From assembly GCA_035651955.1 (NCBI GenBank), contig DASRES010000038.1:767-64766 (forward strand): DNA of 64,000 nt. Reading direction: 5' to 3'. Below the pieces are notes generated by a model that had not been told where the DNA came from, did not search any database, and saw nothing but the letters and a program-made list of their open reading frames with translations. Both the position numbers and the translations under genes were made by a program. Positions 34,320-43,197 of the stretch are shown piece after piece. Each line of letters opens with the position of its first letter. Position 1 is the first letter of the stretch. This DNA is from Acidimicrobiia bacterium. GTDB lineage: Bacteria > Actinomycetota > Acidimicrobiia > IMCC26256 > JAMXLJ01.

Positions 34320-34961
34320 ATGACCGCTTCCGTCGCGCCCCGGGCCGCCGCTGCGCGCGGTCGGGTCGCCACGGTGCCGAACGTCATCTCGCTGGTCCGC
34401 CTCCTGTGCGTGCCGGTGTTCGTCTGGCTCCTCTTCGCGACGGGCGAGCCGCGCGTCGGCGCGATCGTGCTGCTCGCCCTGCTCGGGGTGACCGACTGGG
34501 TCGACGGGTGGATCGCACGCCACTTCGACCAGGGCAGCGAGGTGGGGAAGGTGCTCGACCCGACCGCCGACCGGGTGCTGCTGTTCACCGCGGTGGTCGC
34601 GCTGCTCGTCGACGGCAGCGTGCCGCTGTGGGTCGGGATCCTCGTGCTCGTGCGCGAGGCCCTGGTGAGCGTGGCGGTCGTCGCGCTCGCGGTCGCGGGC
34701 GCCCGCCGCATCGACGTGCTGTGGGCGGGCAAGGCGGGAACACTCGCACTGATGTTCGCCTTCCCGGGCTTCCTGATCGCTCACGACACGGCCTCGGGGT
34801 CGGCCGTGCACGACGGGTTCCTCGCGGCCGCGTGGGTGTTCACCGTCGGCGGTCTCGTGCTCGGGTACTACGCCGCGGTCACCTACATCCCCCAGGCCCG
34901 CGCCGCGCTGCGCGAAGGGCGTCACGCGCGGGCCGGACGTGAGAACGAGGTGCGATCGTGA
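34320..34961 (+). CDS. CDP-alcohol phosphatidyltransferase family protein (PgsA/cardiolipin-synthase-like)
   Basis: Track ORF 34320..34961. Signature D-G-x2-A-R-x8-G-x3-D-x3-D is present as DWVDGWIARHFDQGSEVGKVLDPTADR. Confidence 0.85.
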   Translation: MTASVAPRAAAARGRVATVPNVISLVRLLCVPVFVWLLFATGEPRVGAIVLLALLGVTDWVDGWIARHFDQGSEVGKVLDPTADRVLLFTAVVALLVDGSVPLWVGILVLVREALVSVAVVALAVAGARRIDVLWAGKAGTLALMFAFPGFLIAHDTASGSAVHDGFLAAAWVFTVGGLVLGYYAAVTYIPQARAALREGRHARAGRENEVRS

Positions 34962-37450
34962 AGGCAGTGATCCTGGCCGGGGGAGAGGGCACCCGGCTCC
35001 GGCCGCTGACGAGCAACCAGCCCAAGCCGATGCTCCCGATGGCGAACCGGCCGATGATGGAGCACATCGTCGCGTTGCTCGCCGAGCACGGCTTCGACGA
35101 CATCGTCGTGACCGTCGCGTTCCTCGCGAACCAGATCCGCAACCACTTCGGCGACGGGTCGGACTACGGCGTGCGGCTCCGCTACGCCACCGAGGAGACG
35201 CCGCTCGGCACCGCAGGCTCGGTGCGGAACGCGGCGGACGAGCTCGACGACACGTTCCTCGTCATCGCGGGCGACGTGCTCACCGACATCGACCTCACCG
35301 AGGTCGTGAAGGCGCACCAGGCCGCCAACGCGTTCGGCACGATCGCGCTGAAGCGGGTCGACAACCCACTCGAGTTCGGCATCGTGATCACCCGCGAGGA
35401 CGGGCACATCGAGCGGTTCCTCGAGAAGCCCACGTGGGGCCAGGTGTTCTCCGACACGATCAACACCGGCATCTACGTGCTCGAGCCGGGGATCTTCGAC
35501 TTCATCCCGTACGGCGAGCAGGTCGACTTCTCGGGCGACGTCTTCCCCGCGGTGCTCGAGCGCGAGCTGCCACTCCTCGGCCACGTCGCCGACGGCTACT
35601 GGGAGGACGTCGGTACGCTCGAGGCATACCAACGCGCGCACCACGACATCCTCGACGGGCGCGTGCGCGTCGAGATCGCGGGGTTCGAGATGGCGCAGGG
35701 CGTCTGGCTCGGCGAAGACGCCGACGTCGACCCCGACGCGCGTGTCGAGGGTCCCGTCGTCATCGGTGACAACTGCCGCGTCGAGGCGGGCGCGCACCTG
35801 CGCGAGTACACGGTGCTCGGGACGGACGTCGTCGTGAAGCACGACGCGTACCTCGAACGGGCGGTGTGCCACGACCACGTGTACGTCGGGCCGAACGTCC
35901 GGCTACGCGGCGCGGTCGTCGGTCGGTCGACCGACCTGCGCAGCCACGCCCGCGCCGAGGAGGGCGTCGTCATCGGCGACGAGTGCTTCGTCGGCGAGCA
36001 CGCGGTGATCAACCCGGGCGTCAAGGTCTACCCGTTCAAGACGGTCGAGTCGGGTGCGATCATCAACTCGTCGATCGTGTGGGAGAGCCGCGGCGCGCGC
36101 ACCCTGTTCGGACGCCGGGGCGTGCGCGGGCTCGCGAACGTCGACATCACCCCCGAGGTCGCGGTGCGCATCGCGATGGCGTACGGGACGTCGCTCCGCA
36201 AGGGCGTGACGGTCACGACGAGTCGCGACACGAGCCGGGTCAGCCGCGCGTTGAAGCGGGCGATCATCGGCGGGCTCAACCTCGCCGCGGTGGGCGTCGA
36301 CGACATCGAGCTCGCGACCGTCCCGCTCACGCGCTTCCAGATCCGCAACGGCCAGTCGCAGGGTGGCATCACCGTACGGCTCGCCCCCGGTGACCCGAAC
36401 ACCGTCGAGATCCGCTTCTTCGATGCCAACGGGCGGGACATCGACGAGGGGACGCAACGGAAGATCGAGCGGCTGCTCTACCGCGAGGACTACCGGCGCG
36501 CGTTCGCCGGCGACATCGGCGACATCGTGTTCCCGCCCCGGGCGATCGAGTTCTACAGCGCCGCGATCGAGAACCTCGTCGACGCGCCGCGCGTCCGCGA
36601 GAACGGCTACAAGGTCGTCCTCGATTACTCGTTCGGCGCGAGCTCACTCGTGCTGCCGACGGTGCTGTCGCGCTTCGGTGCCGACGTCCTCGCGGTCAAC
36701 CCGTACGCAAGCACCGCGTCCGCTGCTGCCGCGCTCGACGACCGGCGCGCGCGCATCGGCCGCATCGTCGACCTCGTGCGGGCGTCGGGGAGTCACCTGG
36801 GTGTCGTCATCGATCCCGACGGCGAGACCGCGACGTTGATCGACGACGAGGGTCACGTGCTTTCGGCCGACCAGGCTCTGCTCGCGCTCCTCACGCTCGT
36901 CGTGGAGGTCACGCCGAACGCGCGCATCGGCCTGCCGGTGTCGGTCTCGTGCGAGGCAGAGCGCATCGCGGAGGCGCACGGCGCCGAGATCGTGTGGACC
37001 AAGCTGTCGAACGCGCACATCATGGAGGTGGCGTCGAACGACAGCGTCGACTTCGCGGCGTCGCAGGAGGGCGGGTTCATCTGGCCCGAGTTCCTGCCCG
37101 CGTTCGACGCCATCGCGACGTTGGCGAAGACGCTCGACCTCATGGCCGCGACCGGTCACACGTTGTCGTCGATCGTGCGTCGGCTCCCGGCGGTGCACGT
37201 CGCGCACGAGGCGGTCGCGACGCCGTGGGACCGCAAGGGCGCCGTCATGCGCGAGGTCGTCGAGCGGGCGAAGGACCGCGAGATGATCCTCGTCGACGGC
37301 GTCAAGCTCCTCCATCAGGACGGCTGGGCGCTCGTCCTCCCCGATCCGGAGGAGGCGGTGACGCACGTGTGGGCCGAGGGCCCGTCGGACCACGACGCCC
37401 GTCAGCTCGCGCAGGAGTACGCGCGCAGGATCCGTCAAGCGCTGCGCTGA
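34958..37450 (+). CDS. Fused sugar-1-phosphate nucleotidyltransferase (ManC/GlmU-like, with left-handed beta-helix) and phosphomannomutase/phosphoglucomutase, 830 aa
   Basis: Track ORF 34958..37450. The start overlaps the upstream stop by 4 nt. The N-terminus MKAVILAGGEGTRLRPLTSNQPKPMLP is the NTP-transferase signature. Hexapeptide repeats follow, then a C-terminal alpha-D-phosphohexomutase-like half. Confidence 0.85.
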   Translation: MKAVILAGGEGTRLRPLTSNQPKPMLPMANRPMMEHIVALLAEHGFDDIVVTVAFLANQIRNHFGDGSDYGVRLRYATEETPLGTAGSVRNAADELDDTFLVIAGDVLTDIDLTEVVKAHQAANAFGTIALKRVDNPLEFGIVITREDGHIERFLEKPTWGQVFSDTINTGIYVLEPGIFDFIPYGEQVDFSGDVFPAVLERELPLLGHVADGYWEDVGTLEAYQRAHHDILDGRVRVEIAGFEMAQGVWLGEDADVDPDARVEGPVVIGDNCRVEAGAHLREYTVLGTDVVVKHDAYLERAVCHDHVYVGPNVRLRGAVVGRSTDLRSHARAEEGVVIGDECFVGEHAVINPGVKVYPFKTVESGAIINSSIVWESRGARTLFGRRGVRGLANVDITPEVAVRIAMAYGTSLRKGVTVTTSRDTSRVSRALKRAIIGGLNLAAVGVDDIELATVPLTRFQIRNGQSQGGITVRLAPGDPNTVEIRFFDANGRDIDEGTQRKIERLLYREDYRRAFAGDIGDIVFPPRAIEFYSAAIENLVDAPRVRENGYKVVLDYSFGASSLVLPTVLSRFGADVLAVNPYASTASAAAALDDRRARIGRIVDLVRASGSHLGVVIDPDGETATLIDDEGHVLSADQALLALLTLVVEVTPNARIGLPVSVSCEAERIAEAHGAEIVWTKLSNAHIMEVASNDSVDFAASQEGGFIWPEFLPAFDAIATLAKTLDLMAATGHTLSSIVRRLPAVHVAHEAVATPWDRKGAVMREVVERAKDREMILVDGVKLLHQDGWALVLPDPEEAVTHVWAEGPSDHDARQLAQEYARRIRQALR

Positions 37451-37465
37451 CCGGTCAGCGATATC

Positions 37466-37556
37466 TCTGACGCGCTCGCTGCGGGCCGGGATACCCGGCC
37501 CGCGGACGCTCGCCGCTCCAGCCGGCCAACAGCGTCTTGCACGGGAGGTGCCTCTT
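37466..37556 (+). repeat. Dispersed 91-bp repeat, copy 1, containing the perfect hairpin GCGGGCCGGG-ata-CCCGGCCCGC (37481-37503)
   Basis: 52 consecutive identical nt, and about 88 percent identity by my hand alignment over 91 bp, to the reverse complement of 55092-55182. It lies in the convergent gap 37451-37577. Confidence 0.8.
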
Positions 37557-37577
37557 GCGCGCCTGTGGTTGCGGTCC

Positions 37578-38090
37578 TCACTGGTTCTGAGCCGCGTTCG
37601 CCACGAGGTCGGCGAGGTAGGCCGGGAGCCGGCCGGCGCCGAAGTCGTACAGCCGCGCCCATCGGGGCTCCACCGAGATCCGCGCCATCGCGTCGTAGGT
37701 CGCACGAACCTGACGCTCGAACTCGGCGAATCCCTCCTCGCCGAGCTCCTCGGCCAGTCCCTTGCGCGACATCGCGAGGTACTCGTCGGCGACGCCGTCG
37801 ACGATGTCGACCGTTGCGACGCCGCGCATCAGCAACGCCTTCGCGCCGTCCGGTGTGTCGCCGACGTCGATGGTGAGCGCGACCTCCGGACGCTCCGAGA
37901 TCGCCCGAACCTTCGGCGCGGTGGTCCCCGTGCACACGACGACGTTCTCGCCGTTCCAGAGGAACCCGACGGGCACGACGCGCGGCAGGCCGTCGGGACC
38001 GTTGTACGCGAGGCGGGCGAGGCCCGCGTGCTGCAGGAGCTGCTGCGCGGCGGGCTGGTCGAGCTCCTGCCTGACCTCGTGTCGATCCAT
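37578..38090 (-). CDS. Pyridoxamine 5'-phosphate oxidase-like (split-barrel FMN/F420-binding) family protein
   Basis: Track ORF 37578..38201 trimmed to Met38 (MDRHEVRQELDQPAAQQLLQHAGLARLAYNGPDGLPRVVPVGFLW…), the typical PPOX-family opening. The upstream 37 codons overlap the gcvH promoter region. Confidence 0.7.
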   Translation of the reverse strand: MDRHEVRQELDQPAAQQLLQHAGLARLAYNGPDGLPRVVPVGFLWNGENVVVCTGTTAPKVRAISERPEVALTIDVGDTPDGAKALLMRGVATVDIVDGVADEYLAMSRKGLAEELGEEGFAEFERQVRATYDAMARISVEPRWARLYDFGAGRLPAYLADLVANAAQNQ

Positions 38091-38199
38091 GCCAGCGCGC
38101 GTACCCGTTCCCCCGGGCGCGCACGCTCGTCCTCCGGTGCGCTCGGCGCGTACGATCCCGCCGGCCGCGAGCCATCCGACCGACGAGCGAGGTGCGTCC

Positions 38200-38586
38200 A
38201 TGGAGTTCCCCGATGACGTCCGCTACACGCGCGAGCACGAGTGGGTGCGCGTCGAGGGCGGGGGCAGGGCGCGCGTCGGCATCACGGACTACGCGCAGGA
38301 CGCGCTCGGCGACGTCGTGTACGTGCAGCTCCCGGACACCGGCACGAACGCGGTCGCGAACAGCAGCGTGTGCGAGGTCGAGTCGACGAAGTCCGTGTCC
38401 GAGGTGTACGCGCCGCTGACCGGGACCGTCGTGGAGGTGAACGACGCGCTCGCGCAGACACCGGAGCTCGTGAACCAGGACCCCTACGGCGACGGTTGGC
38501 TGTTCGTGCTCGAGCTCGCGGACGCCGGCGAGGTCGACCGCCTGCTCGACGCTACGGCGTATCGCTCGTTCGTCGACGAGCAGTGA
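38200..38586 (+). CDS. gcvH: Glycine cleavage system H protein
   Basis: Distal part of track ORF 37762..38586, ATG 38200. Sequence: YTREHEWVRVE…GITDYAQDALGDVVYVQLP…CEVESTKSVSEVYAPLTG (lipoyl-Lys in ESTKS). Confidence 0.9.
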   Translation: MEFPDDVRYTREHEWVRVEGGGRARVGITDYAQDALGDVVYVQLPDTGTNAVANSSVCEVESTKSVSEVYAPLTGTVVEVNDALAQTPELVNQDPYGDGWLFVLELADAGEVDRLLDATAYRSFVDEQ

Positions 38587-39350
38587 CCCGCACCTGGCGT
38601 CTCGTCGACGACGTCGGTCGGGATCTCACCGCGGCCGAACAGATGGCCGCCGACGTCGTGCTGCTCGACGACGTCGCGCGCGGTGCCGAGCCCGCGCTGC
38701 GGCTCTACACGTGGCGGCAGCCCACGCTCACGCTCGGCCGGTTCCAACCACGCGACGACGTCGACGAGAACGCGTGCGCGCACCTCGGTGTCGACGTCGT
38801 AGCGCGTCCGACCGGCGGACGCGCGCTCCTGCACGGCGCCGACGTGACGTACGCGGTCGCGATGCCGCGGCCCGAAGGACGGGCCGGCACGGTCGCCGAG
38901 CTCTACGAGCGTCTCGCGGCCGTGCTCGTCGCGGCGCTCGCCGATCTCGGCGTCGACGCCGCGGTGGCGCACGGCGAAGGTCGTGCCGGAGCGGCGTGCT
39001 TCGCGGCCGCGCAGGGCGCCGACCTGCGCGTCCGAGGCCGCAAGCTGTGCGGGTCGGCGCAGCTGCAGCGCGACGGCTGCGTGCTCCAGCACGGCTCGTT
39101 GCGGTGCGAGCCACTCCCGGTCACCGAGGCGGACGTCCTGCGCTTCGAGGACGACCGGGCGCGGGCGGCGATGCGGGAGCGCCTCGCGGCGTCGACCGTG
39201 ACGCTGGCCGACCTCGGCGCGCCGCACGACGTCGCCACGGTCGCGAGCGCGTTGACCAGCGCCTTCGAGCGAACCCTCGACGTCACGTGGAGGTCGAGCG
39301 TCGTGGTCGAGGGCATCGCCAAGAGCCGCGCGGTCGTCGTCCACGGCTGA
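38583..39350 (+). CDS. Lipoate-protein ligase / octanoyltransferase family (BPL_LplA_LipB catalytic domain only)
   Basis: Distal part of track ORF 38241..39350. GTG 38583 overlaps the gcvH stop (GTGA). Motifs: LRLYTWRQPTLTLGRFQ, ARPTGGRALLHG, RGRKLCGSAQ (conserved Lys). Confidence 0.75.
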   Translation: MTRTWRLVDDVGRDLTAAEQMAADVVLLDDVARGAEPALRLYTWRQPTLTLGRFQPRDDVDENACAHLGVDVVARPTGGRALLHGADVTYAVAMPRPEGRAGTVAELYERLAAVLVAALADLGVDAAVAHGEGRAGAACFAAAQGADLRVRGRKLCGSAQLQRDGCVLQHGSLRCEPLPVTEADVLRFEDDRARAAMRERLAASTVTLADLGAPHDVATVASALTSAFERTLDVTWRSSVVVEGIAKSRAVVVHG

Positions 39351-39418
39351 CGGGCTCAACGTGCGCGTGACGTCCACGGTTCGTTGCCGCACGCGCGCGC
39401 CGTCGGTACCCTGAATGC

Positions 39419-39883
39419 GTGATCTGTCCCCGATGCGGTCATCCCAACGAGGAAGGCGCGAACTTCTGTTCCTCGTGTGGTTCGCCGCTGCCCGGTGACG
39501 ACACCACGGTCTCGTTGTCGCCGGTGCCCGAGCGCGGCGAGGCGGCGGAGACGTCGATCGCCCTGGGCGAGCTGCCGGACGGGATGGGGATGCTCGTCGT
39601 GCGCCGAGGGCCGAACGCCGGGAGCACGTACGTGCTCGACCGGGCGTCCACGACCGCCGGGCGCCACCCCGACTCCGACATCTTCCTGGACGACATCACC
39701 GTGTCGCGCCGGCACGCGGTCTTCGAGCGCCGTGAGGGCGGCTACGTGCTGCGCGACGTCGGCTCGCTCAACGGTACGTACGTCAACCGCGAGCGCGTGG
39801 AGGAGCGGCCCCTGCGCAGCGGCGACGAGCTGCAGATCGGGCGGTACGTCCTGACGTTCCTCCTCGCCGGGCGCGAGGGCTGA
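39419..39883 (+). CDS. garA: FHA-domain regulator (GarA/OdhI-like) with N-terminal zinc-ribbon
   Basis: Track ORF 39419..39883. It opens with CPRCGHPNEEGANFCSSCG and has a Thr-containing linker (DDTTVS). The FHA core is TTAGRHPDSDIFLDDITVSRRHAVFER…LRDVGSLNGTYVN. The symbol is assigned from the gcvH-garA-MerR synteny known in mycobacteria. Confidence 0.8.
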   Translation: MICPRCGHPNEEGANFCSSCGSPLPGDDTTVSLSPVPERGEAAETSIALGELPDGMGMLVVRRGPNAGSTYVLDRASTTAGRHPDSDIFLDDITVSRRHAVFERREGGYVLRDVGSLNGTYVNRERVEERPLRSGDELQIGRYVLTFLLAGREG

Positions 39884-39886
39884 GCG

Positions 39887-40789
39887 ATGGCCGAGCACCG
39901 CGCGCCGGGCACCACGTCACGTTCCGCCAACGGGACGCACCAGTCGATCGGCGAGGTGCTGACGGCACTGCGCGACGAGTTCCCGGACATCACGATCTCG
40001 AAGATCCGCTTCCTCGAGAGCCAGGGGCTGATCGATCCCGAGCGCACGCCGTCGGGCTACCGCAAGTTCTACGCGTCGGACGTCGACCGGTTGCGCTGGA
40101 TCCTCCGCCAGCAGAAGGAGCACTTCCTGCCGCTCAAGGTGATCCGCGGCCGGCTCGAGGAGCTCGACGCGTCCGGCGGCGCCCTCGACGACCTCGTCGC
40201 CAGCGAGGCGGCGGTGGACGAGATCGCGCCGGCCGACGGCGAAGAGCCCGCGCGGCTCGTGGACGTCGCGCCGAGCGCGCCGTCCGCGCCGGAACCGCCC
40301 GCGCCGGAGCCGGTCGCGCCGGAGACGAGGCGCGTCAGCCGTCGCAGCGGTCCCGACCTCCCGCTCGACGACGGCACCGCCGAGCAGCTGACGACGAGCG
40401 CGAGCGGCGCGAGCCTCACCCGCGCCGAGCTCGCGCGCGCGGCCGGTCTCGACGACGCGCAGCTCGCGGAGCTCGAGGCGTACGGCCTCCTCACGCCGTC
40501 GCTCCAGACCGGCGACCGCGTCCTGTTCGACGAGGACGGACTGGCGATCGCACGCCTGGCGTCGGGGTTCTTCCGGCACGGCGTCGAGGCCCGGCACCTG
40601 CGGATGTACCGCACGTTCGCGGAGCGCGAGGCGGTGCTGTTCGAGCAGGTGCTCCTCGGCTACCTCAGGCAGCGCAACCCCGAGGCACGCGCCCGCGCGC
40701 AGGAGCAGCTCGAGGAGCTCGCCCGTCTCGGACGTGGGCTGCGCACCGCGTACCTGCGCCGCGCGGTCCGCGAAGCACTGAGCGAGTGA
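39887..40789 (+). CDS. MerR family transcriptional regulator (FtsR/Rv1828-like position)
   Basis: Track ORF 39887..40789. HTH: SIGEVLTALRDEFPDITISKIRFLESQGLIDPERTPSGYRKFYASDVDRLRWIL. A second MerR-like C-terminal region is present. Confidence 0.8.
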   Translation: MAEHRAPGTTSRSANGTHQSIGEVLTALRDEFPDITISKIRFLESQGLIDPERTPSGYRKFYASDVDRLRWILRQQKEHFLPLKVIRGRLEELDASGGALDDLVASEAAVDEIAPADGEEPARLVDVAPSAPSAPEPPAPEPVAPETRRVSRRSGPDLPLDDGTAEQLTTSASGASLTRAELARAAGLDDAQLAELEAYGLLTPSLQTGDRVLFDEDGLAIARLASGFFRHGVEARHLRMYRTFAEREAVLFEQVLLGYLRQRNPEARARAQEQLEELARLGRGLRTAYLRRAVREALSE

Positions 40790-41415
40790 CCGCGACCGGC
40801 GCGCACGCGGCGGCCCCGGATTGGCGGCCGCTGCTGTCGCGCGCGGACATCGCAGCGCGCGTCACACGGCTCGGGACGCGGATCGAGGACGACCATCCCG
40901 ACGGCGTCGTGCTCGTCGGTGTGCTCAAGGGCGCGCTGATCTTCCTGGCGGACCTCGCGCGCGCGATCACGCGCGTCCCCGTGGAGGTCGACTTCATCGC
41001 GATCTCGCGCTACGCGCCCGACTCCGGCCGCGTGCGCATCCTCAAGGACCTCGAGGCCGACGTCGCGGGCCGTGACGTCGTGCTGGTCGAGGACATCGTC
41101 GACACCGGTCTCACACTCTCGTACCTCATTCGCCAGCTCGAGTCGCGCGCGCCGCGACGCGTCGACGTGTGCGCGCTGCTCGACCGTCCCGTGCGCCGCA
41201 TCGTGCCGCTCGACGTGCGCTACCGCGGCGAGCAGATCGACGACGTCTTCGTCCTCGGCTACGGACTCCACCACGCGGACCTCTTCCGCAACCTCGGCGA
41301 CGTCGTCGAGGCGGACCGGCGCGCGCTGCGTCGTGATCCGGCCGCGCTCGTTGCCGCGCTGTACGCACGCGCGCGTGGTGAGCGCGAGCACGACGAACGC
41401 GACCACGAGGGGTAG
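40786..41415 (+). CDS. hpt: Hypoxanthine-guanine phosphoribosyltransferase
   Basis: Track ORF 40786..41415. PRPP-binding loop VLVEDIVDTGLTLSYL. It also has LVGVLKGALIFLADLAR and the DFIAISRY flexible loop. Confidence 0.85.
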   Translation: MTATGAHAAAPDWRPLLSRADIAARVTRLGTRIEDDHPDGVVLVGVLKGALIFLADLARAITRVPVEVDFIAISRYAPDSGRVRILKDLEADVAGRDVVLVEDIVDTGLTLSYLIRQLESRAPRRVDVCALLDRPVRRIVPLDVRYRGEQIDDVFVLGYGLHHADLFRNLGDVVEADRRALRRDPAALVAALYARARGEREHDERDHEG

Positions 41416-41514
41416 CGGCGCATCCGCGGCGGGTACGCGGACCGCAGCGTTGCTCGCCGACTGCGCTGCGGAGGCCTGGTGGTAGGGTGGCGCCCGAGTG
41501 TCGGGAGGCGAGCC

Positions 41515-41997
41515 GTGATCCGTGTTTCGCTGGTCGGTGTCCGAGTGGAAGTCCCGACGAACCAGCCGATCGTCCTGCTGCGCGAGCAGGACGGGCAGCG
41601 CCATCTCCCGATCTTCATCGGGCCGCCCGAGGCCACCGCGATCGTGTACGCGCTGCAGGGCATGGAGACGCCCCGGCCCCTCACCCACGACCTGTTCAAG
41701 TCGGTGCTCGACGAGCTCGCCGCGCGCATGGAGCGCGTCGTGATCACCGAGCTCCACGAGGGCACGTTCTACGCCGAGATCGAGATCGTGCAGAACGGTG
41801 AGACGCACCGCATCTCGTCACGCCCGTCCGACGCGATCGCGCTCGCGGTGCGCTACGACGAGCAGGTGCCGATCTTCGTCGAGGAGGCGGTCCTCGACGA
41901 AGCGGGGGTCCTCTTCGAGGCCGAGGAGGAAGAGGAGCAGATCGAGGAGTTCCGCGAGTTCCTCGACCAGGTCCGCCCCGAGGACTTCGCCCAGTAG
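41515..41997 (+). CDS. Bifunctional nuclease family protein (DUF151, Rv1829-like)
   Basis: Track ORF 41479..41997 trimmed to GTG 41515 after GGGAGG. Sequence: NQPIVLLREQDGQRHLPIFIGPPEATAIVYALQGMETPRPLTHDL…SSRPSDAIALAVR. Confidence 0.8.
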   Translation: MIRVSLVGVRVEVPTNQPIVLLREQDGQRHLPIFIGPPEATAIVYALQGMETPRPLTHDLFKSVLDELAARMERVVITELHEGTFYAEIEIVQNGETHRISSRPSDAIALAVRYDEQVPIFVEEAVLDEAGVLFEAEEEEEQIEEFREFLDQVRPEDFAQ

Positions 41998-42055
41998 GGC
42001 CGTTCGCCCGGGCAGCCCGTTCCTCGACCGCAGCTGGACCTCCAGGTCCCGTACG

Positions 42056-42084
42056 TTGACGTGGAGGTCGAGGCAGGCTAGGTT
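42056..42084 (+). promoter_or_regulatory. Candidate promoter TTGACG-N17-TAGGTT upstream of the second MerR gene
   Basis: Read directly. The -10 fits TANNNT. It is preceded by the palindrome GGACCT-cc-AGGTCC (42036-42049) and flanked by CCTCGACC…GGTCGAGG. Confidence 0.3.
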
Positions 42085-42146
42085 CGACATCCCCGTAACT
42101 ACGAGCCTGCAACTTCCAGGGCGGACGACCACCGGGGCGGAGAACC

Positions 42147-42683
42147 ATGGCGGACGCGCACGACAGGACCCCTGAGGGCGGCAACGGCCAGCTGTGGGCA
42201 GAGTCCTCGAGCGAGGAGGGCTTCCGCGGCCCGCAGGTGTGCAAGCTCGTCGGGATCTCGTACCGGCAGCTCGATTACTGGGCCCGCACCGATCTGATCC
42301 GCCCGTCGCTCGCCGACGCGCAGGGGAGCGGCACGCAGCGGCGGTACTCGTACCGCGACCTCGTCGCGCTCAAGGTCATCAAGAGCCTGCTCGACGCGGG
42401 CGTGTCGTTGCAGACCGCCCGCAAGGCGATCGAGTACCTGCGCGCGCAGCTCGGCGAGGAGATCGCGTCCGCGAGTCTCGTCCTCAACGGGACGCGCTCG
42501 GTGCTCGCGAGCACCGGCGAGGAGCTCGTCGACCTCGTGCGCCAGGGCCAGGGCGTGCTGAACATCGTCCCGCTCGGCACGGTCGTCGAGGAGCTCGACG
42601 CGCGCATCCACGAGCTCGAGCAGACGCGTGCGCGCCCCGCGAAGCGTGCCGGGGGCGCGGTGACCGCGCGGGCCGGAGGCTGA
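42147..42683 (+). CDS. MerR family transcriptional regulator (Rv1830-like)
   Basis: Track ORF 42147..42683. HTH: VCKLVGISYRQLDYWARTDLIRPSLADAQGSGTQRRYSYRDLVALKVIKSLLDAGVSLQ. Confidence 0.8.
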   Translation: MADAHDRTPEGGNGQLWAESSSEEGFRGPQVCKLVGISYRQLDYWARTDLIRPSLADAQGSGTQRRYSYRDLVALKVIKSLLDAGVSLQTARKAIEYLRAQLGEEIASASLVLNGTRSVLASTGEELVDLVRQGQGVLNIVPLGTVVEELDARIHELEQTRARPAKRAGGAVTARAGG

Positions 42684-42708
42684 CATCGAGCGGCTGCCCC
42701 ACGAGCAC

Positions 42709-43197
42709 GTGCGCTTCGCGCACAACTCCGAGCGGCAGTTCGCGAAGCTGCTCGACTTCTACGACATCGCGTGGGAGTACGAGCCGCGCACCTTCGTCCT
42801 CGAGCGCGACCGCGACGGCAACCCCGCGCAGGCGTTCACGCCCGACTTCTTCCTGCCCGCGTACGACCTCTTCATCGAGATCACGACGCTCAACCAGAAG
42901 CTCGTCACGAAGAAGAACCGCAAGGCTCGACGTCTGCGTGAGCTGCATCCCGAGGTCCGCATCAAGGTCCTCTACCAGCGCGACTACCTGCGCCTGCTCG
43001 TGAAGTACGGCCTCGAGCCGCCGTCGCAGCTCAGCGGCGACGTGACGGACGCCGACGTCCCGCCGTTGCGCTTCGACGTCGAGGACGACGACGACGGCCG
43101 CGGCGACAGCGACACCGACGACGAGCGCCGAGCGCGCCGGAGCGCTCCGCCGCGGGCCCGGCGACGCAGGACGCGCGCCCAGGCCGAACCCGCGTGA
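42709..43197 (+). CDS. Conserved-position hypothetical protein (162 aa) with globular N-domain and extremely charged Asp/Arg tail
   Basis: Track ORF 42709..43197. The stop overlaps the gcvT start by 4 nt. It occupies the slot between the second MerR and the glycine-cleavage genes. No family recognised with confidence. Confidence 0.6.
   Translation: MRFAHNSERQFAKLLDFYDIAWEYEPRTFVLERDRDGNPAQAFTPDFFLPAYDLFIEITTLNQKLVTKKNRKARRLRELHPEVRIKVLYQRDYLRLLVKYGLEPPSQLSGDVTDADVPPLRFDVEDDDDGRGDSDTDDERRARRSAPPRARRRRTRAQAEPA

Noticed and set aside
42079-42146. tRNA-like T-arm sequence GGTTCGACATCCCC.
   Set aside because: No acceptor stem, D-arm or anticodon arm can be drawn around it. It lies in the leader of the second MerR gene. 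No other tRNA, rRNA, tmRNA, RNase P or SRP RNA signature was seen anywhere in the window.
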